Of a stretch of DNA of 64,000 nt, positions 9,001 through 18,699 are shown piece after piece. Numbering within the stretch: the first letter of the stretch is position 1; every line of letters begins with the position of its first letter. A program made the translations under genes and the position numbers. Source of the DNA: an uncultured Bacteroidales bacterium (GTDB lineage: Bacteria; Bacteroidota; Bacteroidia; Bacteroidales; UBA10428). The stretch is from assembly GCA_964634105.1 (NCBI GenBank), contig CAZWIU010000002.1, positions 13,034 to 77,033 of the forward strand, written 5' to 3'. The notes under the pieces are model-generated. The model had not been told where the DNA came from. It did no database searches and was given only the letters and a program-made list of their open reading frames with translations.

Positions 9001-10546
9001 CAAAGATGAAAATTTACGGGCGTTAAAGCTGAGTAGAAACTATGAGCAGATGCTTGGCAAACCGCTGAACGAACTAATTGGTAAATCGATGGATGAACTC
9101 TTCCCGGGTGATCTTGCTGTTAACATGATGGCAGACGATAGAAAAGTCATCGAGGAGGGAAAACTTGTAATAGTCGATGAAGAATTCAACGGCAGGTTTT
9201 ATACTACTATTAAATATCCCATCATTATCGACAATAATACTAAATATCTTGCAGGATTCACATTAGATATTACAGATAGAAAGATTGCAGAAGAGGAATT
9301 GCTGAAACAAAAAGCTGAAATTGAAAAGCAAAATACAGAGTATGCTGCTCTCAATAAAATATATCAATCGGTGAATGCCGAATTACTCAAATCAAATGAG
9401 GAACTCATTTTTGCACGCGATAAGGCCGAAGAAGCCGACAGACTGAAATCAGCATTTCTGGCTAATATGAGCCACGAAATACGAACACCGATGAATGCTA
9501 TCATCGGATTTTCAGATTTAATTACTGATCCTGCCCTTCCGCAAGTTAAGCTAAGACAGTTTACCAAAACCATTAAACAGCGTTCTTACGATTTACTGGC
9601 ATTGATTAACGATATCCTCGATATTTCAAAGATAGAAGCAGGCCAGATGACCATTGTTGAGGAAAGCGGGGATGTAGAAGACTTAGTCGTTGATACCTTC
9701 AATACGTTTAAAACCATCTGGTGCGATTCCGGAAAATCGAAAGTAAGTTTCAGCTATAATTTTAGCCTTTCTGCAAGCGAATCCAGGATTATAACTGACA
9801 TTGGCAGAGTGAGACAGATTCTTTCAAACCTGGTAGGTAATGCGTTTAAATTCACAAAAGAAGGGAGTATTTCTATCGGGTGTCAGAAAAAAGACAGCAA
9901 TACCCTGCTGTTCTTCGTTAAAGATACCGGGGTGGGTATTCCTCCCGACAAACAACATGTTATTTTCGATCGTTTTCGCCAAATCGATGAAATCCATACA
10001 CAGCAGATGGGCGGAACAGGACTTGGTTTGTCTATTTCCAAAGGATTAACAGAGTTACTGGGAGGAAAAATATGGGTTGAATCGGAACCGGATAAAGGAA
10101 GTACGTTTTTCTTCACAATTCCTTACATCACCGATAATAAGAAAACAGAAGCGCCTGTAGAAAGCAAACCAATTATTTATCGTTGGGAGAATAAAAAAAT
10201 ACTTGTTGTTGAAGACGATGAATTCAATATGCAATATCTGACAGAAGCTCTCAAGGAAACGGGAACTCAGGTTGTGCAAACCGAATCAGGCAGGAAAGCG
10301 ATTGAATTAGTGAAGCATGATGATTCATTCGATCTCGTATTATTAGATATCCGGCTGCCCGATATAGAAGGTTACGAAGCAGCAAAACAGATTAAAATGT
10401 ACCGCCCGGGATTGCCAATAGTAGCTCAAACAGCGTATGCCTCTGATGTTTACAGGTCACGATGTTTCGAAGTTGGTTGCGTCGACTATATTGTAAAACC
10501 TATTCATCAGCACGATTTAATTGATACGATCAGTAAATACCTGTAA
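6047..10546 (+). CDS. hybrid sensor histidine kinase/response regulator with periplasmic sensor domain and multiple PAS domains
   Basis: 1499 aa. An N-terminal TM is followed by a roughly 270-aa extracytoplasmic domain and a second TM. PAS units repeat, each ending in D(I/V)TERK. It has an H-box (DRLKSAFLANMSHEIRTPMNAIIGF), an HATPase region (GTGLGLSISKGL) and a receiver (ILVVEDDEFN ... LVLLDIRLPD ... VKP). Confidence 0.9.
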   Translation: MNRKWLLIGLLTLLGFCIALAGYLYFRNELNTIRFEKEKELTAVARLKIEQIASWYTDEINDAKLISKNPLLLDSYGNWLYYRNESSIRTLRMIIDALKDEHSYEEILLVNSQGRVNLTTNDSVCDIDSLLIPHIREALNTESVVITNLYRSQIHQHIYIDFISAIKSGNKKPEHVIIFRMNPDQFLYPLIKSWPYPSNTSETMLIMEENDSVVFLSELRHQKMTVLSYKSPMANKNLPSAKALSNYTGIFSGRDYRGEKVLSYLSPIPNTPWTLVTKIDKKEFFRSFYKESFLIVAQTCLLIMLLILTSLFLYRDRQRKIYRELFQTQEEFRTTLYSIGDGVITLDKTGHLVNLNPIAAKLTGWKEKEAKGKSLEKVLNIIDKTSRKKIQIPVNQIIEDRSAIHETNQILLINKNKREIIVSVTGSAIRNVEGTISGVVLVIRDQTEESNRKRLIEENEKRFAAFMNNLPALVLIKDHELRPVYTNPHFNRYFPAEEWLGKKPEEIFPPEIAGPMIENDRMAMDEGYLMYEETWCDKNGFKHIYETHKFRIDRGEDGAYLGAIIMDITERKNVEAALAREKNRFESLISAIPDNVYFKDTKSRFIGLNNALVRLFGINTEKEAIGKTDFDFFDKEHARQAYEDEQQIIKTGIPIVNKEEKEVWPDGHISWVSSTKIPMYDEAGNITGIMGISRDITERKEAEEALRASEERYKLFSELSSDYVYRIDIDEKGRLSLNFLSESFTSITGRKPEEVKTMESWSNIFHPDDLDSIYQFIGRIIDTKQGGEIECRTYIKEKQLRWIQIISHPITDDEQKKVISIIGSVKDITERKEAEIVLHESEEKFRIAFDNAPSGMSIVHADGKFLAVNPMLCNMFGYSKEDLLSGKLQDITHPDDIEPGNAWMRRRIAGDDSEPEFEKRYIHRDGHIVWALVRAQWIKNPDGTPRMAVAHVLDITERVKAQQALRESEEIFRNFLEHSPVYVFFKDENLRALKLSRNYEQMLGKPLNELIGKSMDELFPGDLAVNMMADDRKVIEEGKLVIVDEEFNGRFYTTIKYPIIIDNNTKYLAGFTLDITDRKIAEEELLKQKAEIEKQNTEYAALNKIYQSVNAELLKSNEELIFARDKAEEADRLKSAFLANMSHEIRTPMNAIIGFSDLITDPALPQVKLRQFTKTIKQRSYDLLALINDILDISKIEAGQMTIVEESGDVEDLVVDTFNTFKTIWCDSGKSKVSFSYNFSLSASESRIITDIGRVRQILSNLVGNAFKFTKEGSISIGCQKKDSNTLLFFVKDTGVGIPPDKQHVIFDRFRQIDEIHTQQMGGTGLGLSISKGLTELLGGKIWVESEPDKGSTFFFTIPYITDNKKTEAPVESKPIIYRWENKKILVVEDDEFNMQYLTEALKETGTQVVQTESGRKAIELVKHDDSFDLVLLDIRLPDIEGYEAAKQIKMYRPGLPIVAQTAYASDVYRSRCFEVGCVDYIVKPIHQHDLIDTISKYL

Positions 10547-10631
10547 TATGCTGACCGCTCCAAAAATGTTGTTGTTTTTCCCGACTGAAGGATTACTTTT
10601 AGGTTTGTTTACATGAAGAGAATAGAGAATA

Positions 10632-11216
10632 ATGAAAGGAAGATGCCGTAATTTAATAATCCTTAATACCGCTTTGGTAATTATTCCCTGTTCGGTTTAC
10701 CAGCCTCAGCCATTCGATATACCCCTGATTACAGATAAGAAAGACCTCAGGATCGATGCCGGAATTGCATCAAACCTTTCAGCGCAGGCAACCTTATCGT
10801 ATGGAATAATTGATCATCTGTCACTTCAGGCAGCAGCGGGTATAGGCTCCGACGATAAGTATTTTGTACAGGGGGCGATAGGGTATTTTAACAATCCTGG
10901 TAAAAACACAATAACAGAACTATACGGAGGTGTCGGTTTCGGGCATGGAAGGGCATACCGTGAAGCTTCTCCGGGTTATTTATACGGAGATCATCAGCTT
11001 TATTTTACACAGTTTAATCTAGGGAGGTTAGCCTGTAAACCTTTCCAGATGACATATGGAATTGGCATGAAGGCAGGCCTGTTCAGCTCCTACCTTACAG
11101 ACGAAAATTATTATAAATATTACTCCGAAGAAGGGCCCTTTCCCTTCTATCATTTGTATTGTTTCTTGTTTGAACCTGCAGCATTCCTGAGACTTGGAGC
11201 AAAAAAACCGCACTGA
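10632..11216 (+). CDS. hypothetical secreted / outer-membrane-like protein, apparently truncated by a frameshift at an A7 tract (reading continues in another frame to 11320)
   Basis: 194 aa, with a signal-like N-terminus and Gly/aromatic-rich alternating segments. It stops at 11214-11216, immediately after the A7 tract at 11201-11207. The +2 frame stays open to the TAA at 11318-11320 and ends ...SHFSLGLSFNINL. Confidence 0.5.
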   Translation: MKGRCRNLIILNTALVIIPCSVYQPQPFDIPLITDKKDLRIDAGIASNLSAQATLSYGIIDHLSLQAAAGIGSDDKYFVQGAIGYFNNPGKNTITELYGGVGFGHGRAYREASPGYLYGDHQLYFTQFNLGRLACKPFQMTYGIGMKAGLFSSYLTDENYYKYYSEEGPFPFYHLYCFLFEPAAFLRLGAKKPH

Positions 11217-11343
11217 ATATTAAATTCAATTATTGCCTCATTGATCAGTTTTCTGATGTTGAGAAAGAAATACCTTATAGCCATTTCTCCCTGGGACTGA
11301 GTTTTAACATTAATCTGTAAACTCTGTTGCCAAGATTTAATAC

Positions 11344-12831
11344 TCAATCTACATTCTCGTGCAGGTAGCGGTTATTATCGCTAAGTTTCACCGTTTTATC
11401 AGAGTCGTCCTTCAACGAGTATTTCGATATTTTCTTTTCCTTGGAAGGTTCCGATTTATCAAGATCTAAATTTCTGCGGACATAAGCAGGCTGGTTTTCC
11501 AACTCATCAATACTGTCGTTTGTTTGTTGAGGTGTCAAATTCATCTCGCGCATCTTTTCATAGGTACGTTTGATATTTTTAACCCGTTCGGCCGCTTTCT
11601 TTATTTCCACTGTCTTTTCCAACTGTCGTATCTGGAAATCCTCGGAATTAGTATGTGAATTAAACGAATCGGTCAGATCAAATTCTATTTCGCGCTGCAT
11701 GATAACGTTGCTTGAGGGTATATTCTTTTTCGATTTGGATATATCTTTTACCTTAAATTCCTCTGTTGATTTAAATTCATTCTCAGAATCAATCAGTTCC
11801 TGCGGCTCAAGTGCTACTCTGTCGAGCTGGCGTTTACGTATATAGAGCTCAGGAATACTATTTGTACCGAACCCGGTAGCTATGACTGTCACACAGAGTT
11901 CATCGCCAAGTTTCTCATCAATTCCGTTGCCCCAGATCAGGTCGGCGTCGTCACCGGCACAGCTTTGAACATAATCGGTAATCTGGCCTATCTCATCCAT
12001 TGTTATCTCATCCTTCCCGGAAGTAATATTCAGCAGGATATTGCGTGCGCCCACAATATTATTATCATTCAATAAAGGCGATTTCAGGGCTTCGGTCACA
12101 GCCTTAATTGCCCTATCGGCACCGGTAGCTTTTGCTGACCCCATAATAGCCACTCCCGAGTCGGTCATAACTGTTTCCACATCGGCAAAATCTACGTTAA
12201 TATAGCCATGAACAGTAATGATCTCAGCAATTCCTTTTGCTGCAATAGCCAACACATTATCTGCTTTGGAAAAAGCTTCCGATACTTTCAGATCACCGTA
12301 CATCTCCCTGATTTTTTCGTTATTTATGACCAGGAGTGAATCGACAAATTTTTCAATTTCAGCGATTCCCTCCAGTGCCTGGTTTATTCTCCTCTGCCCT
12401 TCGTTCCGAAAAGGAATGGTTACAATAGCCACGGTAAGAATTCCAAGTTCCTTGGCTGCCTTGGCTATTACCGGAGCTGCACCGGTGCCGGTTCCTCCTC
12501 CCATGCCTGCAGTAATAAATACCATTTTGGTATTTCGGGCCAATACATTTATAACATCATCAAGGTTTTCGATGGCAGCTTCGCGGCCGACAGCAGGCTT
12601 ATTGCCTGCTCCCCGTCCTTCAGTCAGCGAGGATCCCAGTTGTATTTTCACCTGTACAGGACTATTAGCCAGCGCCTGGGCATCGGTATTACAAACCACA
12701 AAATCGACATCCTTAATGCCATTGCGGTACATATGATTAACCGCATTGCTTCCTCCTCCTCCGACACCAATTACTTTTATGATCGAGGACCTGTTTACCG
12801 GCAGATCAAAATTCATCAACTCTTCACTCAT
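11344..12831 (-). CDS. ftsZ: cell division GTPase FtsZ
   Basis: GVGGGGSNAVNHM and the GGGTGTGAAPVIA tubulin signature are present, followed by a long disordered C-terminal linker. It is the last gene of the dcw cluster. Confidence 0.97.
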   Translation of the reverse strand: MSEELMNFDLPVNRSSIIKVIGVGGGGSNAVNHMYRNGIKDVDFVVCNTDAQALANSPVQVKIQLGSSLTEGRGAGNKPAVGREAAIENLDDVINVLARNTKMVFITAGMGGGTGTGAAPVIAKAAKELGILTVAIVTIPFRNEGQRRINQALEGIAEIEKFVDSLLVINNEKIREMYGDLKVSEAFSKADNVLAIAAKGIAEIITVHGYINVDFADVETVMTDSGVAIMGSAKATGADRAIKAVTEALKSPLLNDNNIVGARNILLNITSGKDEITMDEIGQITDYVQSCAGDDADLIWGNGIDEKLGDELCVTVIATGFGTNSIPELYIRKRQLDRVALEPQELIDSENEFKSTEEFKVKDISKSKKNIPSSNVIMQREIEFDLTDSFNSHTNSEDFQIRQLEKTVEIKKAAERVKNIKRTYEKMREMNLTPQQTNDSIDELENQPAYVRRNLDLDKSEPSKEKKISKYSLKDDSDKTVKLSDNNRYLHENVD

Positions 12832-12866
12832 AATTTTAGTGTATTATTATAGATGAGGCAAAAACA

Positions 12867-14216
12867 TTAATCCATATTAGCACCTTTTTCTTCAAAAATA
12901 TCGGTGATTCTCTTTTTAAATGCCGCAATAATGCTACTTCCAACCCTGTTTTCATCGGCTTCGGCGAGCATGGCTTCCTTATCATCCTCTTCCTTCATTG
13001 TTTCAACAATACTTTTTTGCCTGGAAACTTCCTTAGGCTCGGAATGGTTCATTATTTCCCATCCTCTCAGCAAAAGTCCGACACTTGTTGCATACTGGGG
13101 TTTGTTAATTTCACTTTCAATACTTCCGGCAAGGTATTCGACGGGATATCCGATACGAACGTCGAGACCAGTATGGAAGCGGACCAACTGGGCAACATGC
13201 TTTAATAAGGCACCACCGCCTGTTAACACAATACCGGCGCTCAATTTATCGAGGCATCCACTGTTTTCTATTTCGAACATAACCGCATCGATAATTTCCT
13301 CCATGCGCATCTGAATTATGTATGCCAGATTTTTAAACGAAATTTCTTTTGGATCGCGTCCGTTGATACCGGGAATGGTAACCACTTTATCTTCCGGAGC
13401 GAGGTCACCGAGCGCTGAGCCAAACTGCGTTTTAAGCGCCTCGGCCTGGCGCTGCAATATCTTGCATCCTTCCTTGATATCGCGGGTAATTACGTTTCCT
13501 CCAAAAGGTATAACAGCGGTGTGCCTTATTGAATCGTCGTAAAACACGGCGACATCGGTTGTACCTCCTCCGATGTCAACCAATGCAACGCCGGCTTCCT
13601 TTTCATCCTCGGTAAGAACAGCTGCTGAAGATGCAAGAGGCTCAAGAATCAGCTGGTCGACCCGCATGCCTACGCGGTTGACGCAGCGTTCAATATTCCG
13701 GGCTGAGGCGATCTGTCCGATAACAATGTGAAAGTTCGCCTCAAGACGGCGTCCCGACATACCTACCGGATTTTTAACTCCGGTTTCGTTATCAACAATG
13801 AAATTCTGTGGAAGCACATGGATGATTTCTTCTCCTAAGTCTATCGGAATTTTGTACATATCAGCAATAAGCACATCAATATCCTTCTGTGTGATTTCAT
13901 CGCGGTCGGGACCCAGGTTAATATAACCCCGGTTCTTAATACTCTTTATGTGTTGTCCGGCAATACCTACAAAAACATCAGTGAACTGAAGCCCCGATTG
14001 TTTTTCCGCTTCAGCAACCGTTTGTCTGATGGCACTTACTGTTTCTTCGATATTGAGAATAACACCCCGTTTGACCCCTTTAGAGACTGTTTTGCTCATG
14101 CCGAGGATCTCGAGTTTGTTGTCGTCATTTACCCTGCCTGCCAGGGATACAATCTTGGTTGTCCCGATATCGATAGCTGCTACATAGTTATTTTTTTGCC
14201 TCATCATAGTTTTCAT
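12867..14216 (-). CDS. ftsA: cell division protein FtsA
   Basis: Actin-like ATPase motifs AAIDIGTTKIV and LVDIGGGTTDVAVF; positioned between ftsQ and ftsZ. Confidence 0.95.
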   Translation of the reverse strand: MKTMMRQKNNYVAAIDIGTTKIVSLAGRVNDDNKLEILGMSKTVSKGVKRGVILNIEETVSAIRQTVAEAEKQSGLQFTDVFVGIAGQHIKSIKNRGYINLGPDRDEITQKDIDVLIADMYKIPIDLGEEIIHVLPQNFIVDNETGVKNPVGMSGRRLEANFHIVIGQIASARNIERCVNRVGMRVDQLILEPLASSAAVLTEDEKEAGVALVDIGGGTTDVAVFYDDSIRHTAVIPFGGNVITRDIKEGCKILQRQAEALKTQFGSALGDLAPEDKVVTIPGINGRDPKEISFKNLAYIIQMRMEEIIDAVMFEIENSGCLDKLSAGIVLTGGGALLKHVAQLVRFHTGLDVRIGYPVEYLAGSIESEINKPQYATSVGLLLRGWEIMNHSEPKEVSRQKSIVETMKEEDDKEAMLAEADENRVGSSIIAAFKKRITDIFEEKGANMD

Positions 14217-14998
14217 ATTTTAGAACATACTATCTGATCTTTATATTTCAGGTTTATTTTGATATATTGATTCCAACCGATATTATTGAGCCCTTCTTTA
14301 TAGAATAATTCGAGCTTATTAAATTTCTCCTGATAGCCGTCAAGGGTACCCAACACAATGATGTGAGGCCCAACACGCGGAACAAGTTCAAATTCATGTT
14401 TGTTGTTCACATATACTTGTACTATCTGAGCATTCCATAATTCATGGCTTTCAATGTACGTTGCCAGTTCAAAGATATCCCTGAGCAGTTTGCCTGACCC
14501 TGACTCGCCCAGCCGGAGGACATTAAGCGGTTTCCCGACAGGCAGCGATGTACTGAATCTCCCGTTTATCACCAATATGTGGGGTGAATAATGCGACGAA
14601 AGATTTAAAATATTCCCTTTCTGATCGATGTAGTAACTTCGTCCGCCGGCTTCTATAATGCGAGCAAGCGGCTGCCGCTGTATGATTTCGATATGCAACG
14701 AACCATTGATACCTGTATATGCCTTACACTCTTCAATGAGTTGGTTTCGACTGACAACCTTTTCGATAGCCTCCAGGTCGATTTCACACAGCGGCACACC
14801 CAGATATTTTATGTTATTCTGATCAATCATTTTTGCTATGTCGGAAGCATTTAATAAACCAATATTAACACTATCCTTCACGGTAATTTTAATACGGTTA
14901 CAAAGCTGTTCTTCATAATGATTACCAACGAACCCGAATGCCACAATCAGGTATACAGCAGTTATAATCCAAATAATAGATTTCTTCAATATCCTCAT
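14213..14998 (-). CDS. ftsQ: cell division protein FtsQ (POTRA-containing)
   Basis: 261 aa, N-terminal TM (IIWIITAVYLIVAFGFV), positioned between murC and ftsA with 4-nt overlaps at both ends. Confidence 0.8.
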   Translation of the reverse strand: MRILKKSIIWIITAVYLIVAFGFVGNHYEEQLCNRIKITVKDSVNIGLLNASDIAKMIDQNNIKYLGVPLCEIDLEAIEKVVSRNQLIEECKAYTGINGSLHIEIIQRQPLARIIEAGGRSYYIDQKGNILNLSSHYSPHILVINGRFSTSLPVGKPLNVLRLGESGSGKLLRDIFELATYIESHELWNAQIVQVYVNNKHEFELVPRVGPHIIVLGTLDGYQEKFNKLELFYKEGLNNIGWNQYIKINLKYKDQIVCSKI

Positions 14999-16368
14999 CG
15001 TTCAGCCAGCATTTTTTTTATTGTTGGAACCAATTTATCGATATCTCCTGCACCGGCAGTAAGCAGAATGTCAAAGGTTTTGTTTTTGAGCAGATCCAGT
15101 AATTCCGTTTTCTTACAAAGTGTTTTTTCGGGTATGGTAACCTTATCGAAAATAATCCTGCTGCTGATCCCAGGAATTGGATCTTCGCGTGCCGGGTATA
15201 TATCGAGAAGGAATAGCTCGTCAAGTTCACTAAGGCTCACGGCAAATTCTTTCGCAAAATCGCGGGTACGTGAATACAGGTGGGGCTGAAAAATACCTGT
15301 AAGCTTGCGGTTGGGATATAATTTCCTGATTGAACCGATAATGGAATCGAGCTCTCTTGGGTGATGCGCATAATCGTCTATGAACAGTTGATTTCCACGT
15401 TCGAATTGAATATCAAAACGACGTTGCACACCGATGAATTCTGAGAGTGCACTTCCGATGATCTTTGTATCCACCCCCGCAACATATGTAGCAGCTGCAG
15501 CTGCAACAGCATTCTCGATATTGGTCATGCCGGGGTATTGAAGTTTGATATTGGTAATGGGAATTCCGGGGGTTGCTATATCGAAGATATACCTGTTTTC
15601 TTGGCACCGAATATTCTTTGCATAAAAATCAGAGATAACTGAATTAAGAGAGTATGTATACCGGCTTAATGAACTGCTAATATCGACCTGAATTCCCTCT
15701 TTAAGAATTATAGTACCTCCGGGCTTTATATTCTCCAGAAAATTTATAAACGATTCGCGGACCGCATCGTGGGAGCCAAAAATATCCAGGTGGTCAGCAT
15801 CGATCCAGGTTACAACAGCGATATCGGGATTCAGGTGTAGAAAGGAACGGTCGAACTCATCTGCCTCAGCAACTACCCAACTACTTTTTTGATTCAGAAT
15901 AAGGTTGCTTTGAGTATTTTTCATGATGCCTCCGAGAAAAGCATTACAGCCTAACTCAGATTTATGCATTATATAGGCAGTCATAGAGGTTACCGAAGTC
16001 TTACCATGGGTTCCGGCGATGGCTATTCCTTTTTGCTTGTTAAACAAAATGCCAAGAACTTCAGATCTTTTCTTAATGATGAATCCCTGCTGTATGAAAT
16101 ACTGCAATTCAAGGTGATTCGCAGGTACTGCCGGAGTCCGTACAACAATAGTCTTTTCTTTATCTAGAAAACCTTCAGGAATGCTTTCAATTGCAGGGGT
16201 AAAATGTATATGAATTCCCATAGCGGTAAGTTCATCAGTAATTGCTGAAGGGGTTAGATCATACCCTGCTACCTGATTTCCCTGCATATAAAAATACCTG
16301 GCAAGGGCGCTCATACCGATGCCTCCGATTCCCAGGAAATAATAATTATATGTCAGGTTTTTCTGCAT
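14995..16368 (-). CDS. murC: UDP-N-acetylmuramate--L-alanine ligase
   Basis: GIGGIGMSALARY plus the Mur ligase P-loop GTHGKTSVTSM; dcw position. Confidence 0.95.
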   Translation of the reverse strand: MQKNLTYNYYFLGIGGIGMSALARYFYMQGNQVAGYDLTPSAITDELTAMGIHIHFTPAIESIPEGFLDKEKTIVVRTPAVPANHLELQYFIQQGFIIKKRSEVLGILFNKQKGIAIAGTHGKTSVTSMTAYIMHKSELGCNAFLGGIMKNTQSNLILNQKSSWVVAEADEFDRSFLHLNPDIAVVTWIDADHLDIFGSHDAVRESFINFLENIKPGGTIILKEGIQVDISSSLSRYTYSLNSVISDFYAKNIRCQENRYIFDIATPGIPITNIKLQYPGMTNIENAVAAAAATYVAGVDTKIIGSALSEFIGVQRRFDIQFERGNQLFIDDYAHHPRELDSIIGSIRKLYPNRKLTGIFQPHLYSRTRDFAKEFAVSLSELDELFLLDIYPAREDPIPGISSRIIFDKVTIPEKTLCKKTELLDLLKNKTFDILLTAGAGDIDKLVPTIKKMLAER

Positions 16369-17459
16369 CAGTTATTCAATATATTGACAACCTCATCCAC
16401 AATTTTAATAGTTGCATCGGGTTTTGCCAGACGCTTACTATTTGAAGATAGCTGCCGGCATACATCCGGCTTGTTAATAAGATCAAGGGCCATATCTATA
16501 AGCTTTTCCCGGGCATCCTTATCGGTTACCAATACAGCTGCATGCTCCTCGACCAATGCCATGGCATTTTTTGTCTGATGGTCTTCAGCCACATTAGGTG
16601 ATGGGACCAATACAGATGCTCTTCCGGTGACACATATTTCTGAAATACTGATAGCACCAGCCCTGCTAATAAGTAAATCAGCTACATTGTATGCCAGCTC
16701 CATCCTGGAAATAAAATCAAATACATGGATATTCTTACAATCGGTTGATAAAAGCTTTTGTTTTACCGATTCAAAATAGATTTTCCCTGTTTGCCATATT
16801 ACCTGTATCTTACTTCTCGCTAATTTTTCAATTCCCAGCAGCATGGCTTCATTAATAGTCCTGGCACCAAGGCTGCCGCCAATTACCAGGAGAACAGGCA
16901 GGTTATTATTAAGTTTAAAATAGTCTAATCCCTCCCGGTTAAGCGCATCAGAAATCACAAAATTCCGGACAGGATTCCCTGTAAGTACAATTTTTTCTTT
17001 CGGGAAATAACGATCCATGTTTTTGTAGGCGACACAAATCTTTGTCGCTTTTTTAGCAAGTAATTTATTGGTAACTCCTGCGTAAGAATTTTGTTCCTGT
17101 AGCAATGTCGGAATGCCCATTCTTGCAGCACTTCTCAGTACAGGTCCGCTTGCATATCCTCCCACCCCAATGGCAATAACAGGCTTAAATTCCTTTATAA
17201 TTTTTCTTGCCTTTATTATACTTACAAGCAGATTCCAACCGACAAGGAAGTTTCTGAATGTTAACTTTCGCTGAAATCCGGTAATAGGTAATCCGATAAT
17301 ATTATATCCGGCAGCAGGAACACGTTCCATTTCCATTCGTTTTTTAGCGCCAACGAACAAAATTTCAGCTTGCGGATACCTGCGCCGTAACTCATCGGCT
17401 ATGGATATTGCCGGAAAGATATGCCCTCCGGTACCTCCTCCGCTGATCAGAATGTTCAT
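16368..17459 (-). CDS. murG: undecaprenyldiphospho-muramoylpentapeptide beta-N-acetylglucosaminyltransferase
   Basis: MNILISGGGTGGHIFPA is the MurG N-terminus. The ORF track extends to a TTG at 17480, which would overlap the ftsW stop. The ATG at 17459 lies just after the ftsW stop (17464-17466) and is preferred. Confidence 0.93.
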   Translation of the reverse strand: MNILISGGGTGGHIFPAISIADELRRRYPQAEILFVGAKKRMEMERVPAAGYNIIGLPITGFQRKLTFRNFLVGWNLLVSIIKARKIIKEFKPVIAIGVGGYASGPVLRSAARMGIPTLLQEQNSYAGVTNKLLAKKATKICVAYKNMDRYFPKEKIVLTGNPVRNFVISDALNREGLDYFKLNNNLPVLLVIGGSLGARTINEAMLLGIEKLARSKIQVIWQTGKIYFESVKQKLLSTDCKNIHVFDFISRMELAYNVADLLISRAGAISISEICVTGRASVLVPSPNVAEDHQTKNAMALVEEHAAVLVTDKDAREKLIDMALDLINKPDVCRQLSSNSKRLAKPDATIKIVDEVVNILNN

Positions 17460-17463
17460 ATTA

Positions 17464-18696
17464 TCATGCTGCTTCCTCAACTACTACCTCCTTATTAACT
17501 TTATTCTTCTCTTTTTTAGGATCAGTTTTTTTATTATCTGCTGCAGGTTGCTGATTTTTTTGTGCTTCTTTCTCACGGCTGATACCTTGACTAACGCTCA
17601 GGATAATACCAAAAGCTGCCGAGGTAAATAAAATGGATGTTCCTCCCATACTAATCATTGGCAGGGGTTGTCCAGTCACCGGAAATATTCCGACTGCAAC
17701 GGCCATGTTTACCATGGCCTGCATCACCAGCAAGAGTGCTAATCCAAAAGCCAGGAATGCTGCAAAAGTCCTGCTGCTTTTTCGAACCATCAGCCCTGCT
17801 CTGTATAATAATGCCAGGTAAAGCAAAACCACAAATATCCCACCGGCAAGACCATACTCTTCAATTATGATAGAGTAAATAAAATCGGAATAAGGCTGAG
17901 GTAGAAAATTGCGTTGCATGCTGTTACCGGGGCCCTTTCCAAGCAAGCCGCCTGTCACTATAGCAATTTTTGATTGTTCTGCCTGGTAGTTGCCTTCACT
18001 ATCCTGCTCCACATGGTGAACTAACCGGTTACGCCAGGTTTCCCAACGTCCTTCCCAGTCCGATTTTATAGCAATCGTCATGAGAACTGTTATAATAAGA
18101 AGCATACCGGTAACCATTAAAGCAATATAGGAGAACCGTATTCTTCCTATAAACATAAGCACGACTGATACCGTGAAAAGCAGGACAGCTGTCGACAGGT
18201 TTGCAGGCATAATAAGGCCGCATATTACCAATACAGGTATGAGGATAGGTAAAAAAGCTTCCTTGTAGGATCTTATAATATCCTGTTTTATGGATAACAG
18301 CCGGGCAATATACATGATTAATGCCAGCTTGGCCAGGTCCGATGTTTGAAAAGATACTCCCGTTCCGGGTAATGCTAACCACCGCGATGCCTCATTAATA
18401 TTTGTCCCAAATACCAGGGTTGCAAGAAGTAAAGGAACAGAGATAAGCAGGAGAAGTTGCGATAATCTTGAGTAATACCTATAGGGTATCAGGTGAGTGA
18501 TATAGGCAACCCCAATACCAAAAAGCAGGAAGAAAACATGTTTAATGAGATAGTATCCTACATGCCCCGACCTGTATTGATAAGCCAGTGTGAAAGTCGA
18601 GCTGTAGACTGCTAACAGTGACAGTAATGAAAGCACTATCAGCAATGCCCAGATAATACTATCGCCCTTAAAATGTTTTCTCAGCTTCTCAGCCAT
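17464..18696 (-). CDS. ftsW: SEDS-family peptidoglycan glycosyltransferase FtsW
   Basis: Polytopic membrane protein with PQPYSDFIYSIIIEEYGLAGG and the GQPLPMISMGGTS motif, plus a Lys-rich C-terminal tail; dcw position. Confidence 0.93.
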   Translation of the reverse strand: MAEKLRKHFKGDSIIWALLIVLSLLSLLAVYSSTFTLAYQYRSGHVGYYLIKHVFFLLFGIGVAYITHLIPYRYYSRLSQLLLLISVPLLLATLVFGTNINEASRWLALPGTGVSFQTSDLAKLALIMYIARLLSIKQDIIRSYKEAFLPILIPVLVICGLIMPANLSTAVLLFTVSVVLMFIGRIRFSYIALMVTGMLLIITVLMTIAIKSDWEGRWETWRNRLVHHVEQDSEGNYQAEQSKIAIVTGGLLGKGPGNSMQRNFLPQPYSDFIYSIIIEEYGLAGGIFVVLLYLALLYRAGLMVRKSSRTFAAFLAFGLALLLVMQAMVNMAVAVGIFPVTGQPLPMISMGGTSILFTSAAFGIILSVSQGISREKEAQKNQQPAADNKKTDPKKEKNKVNKEVVVEEAA

Positions 18697-18699
18697 ATC

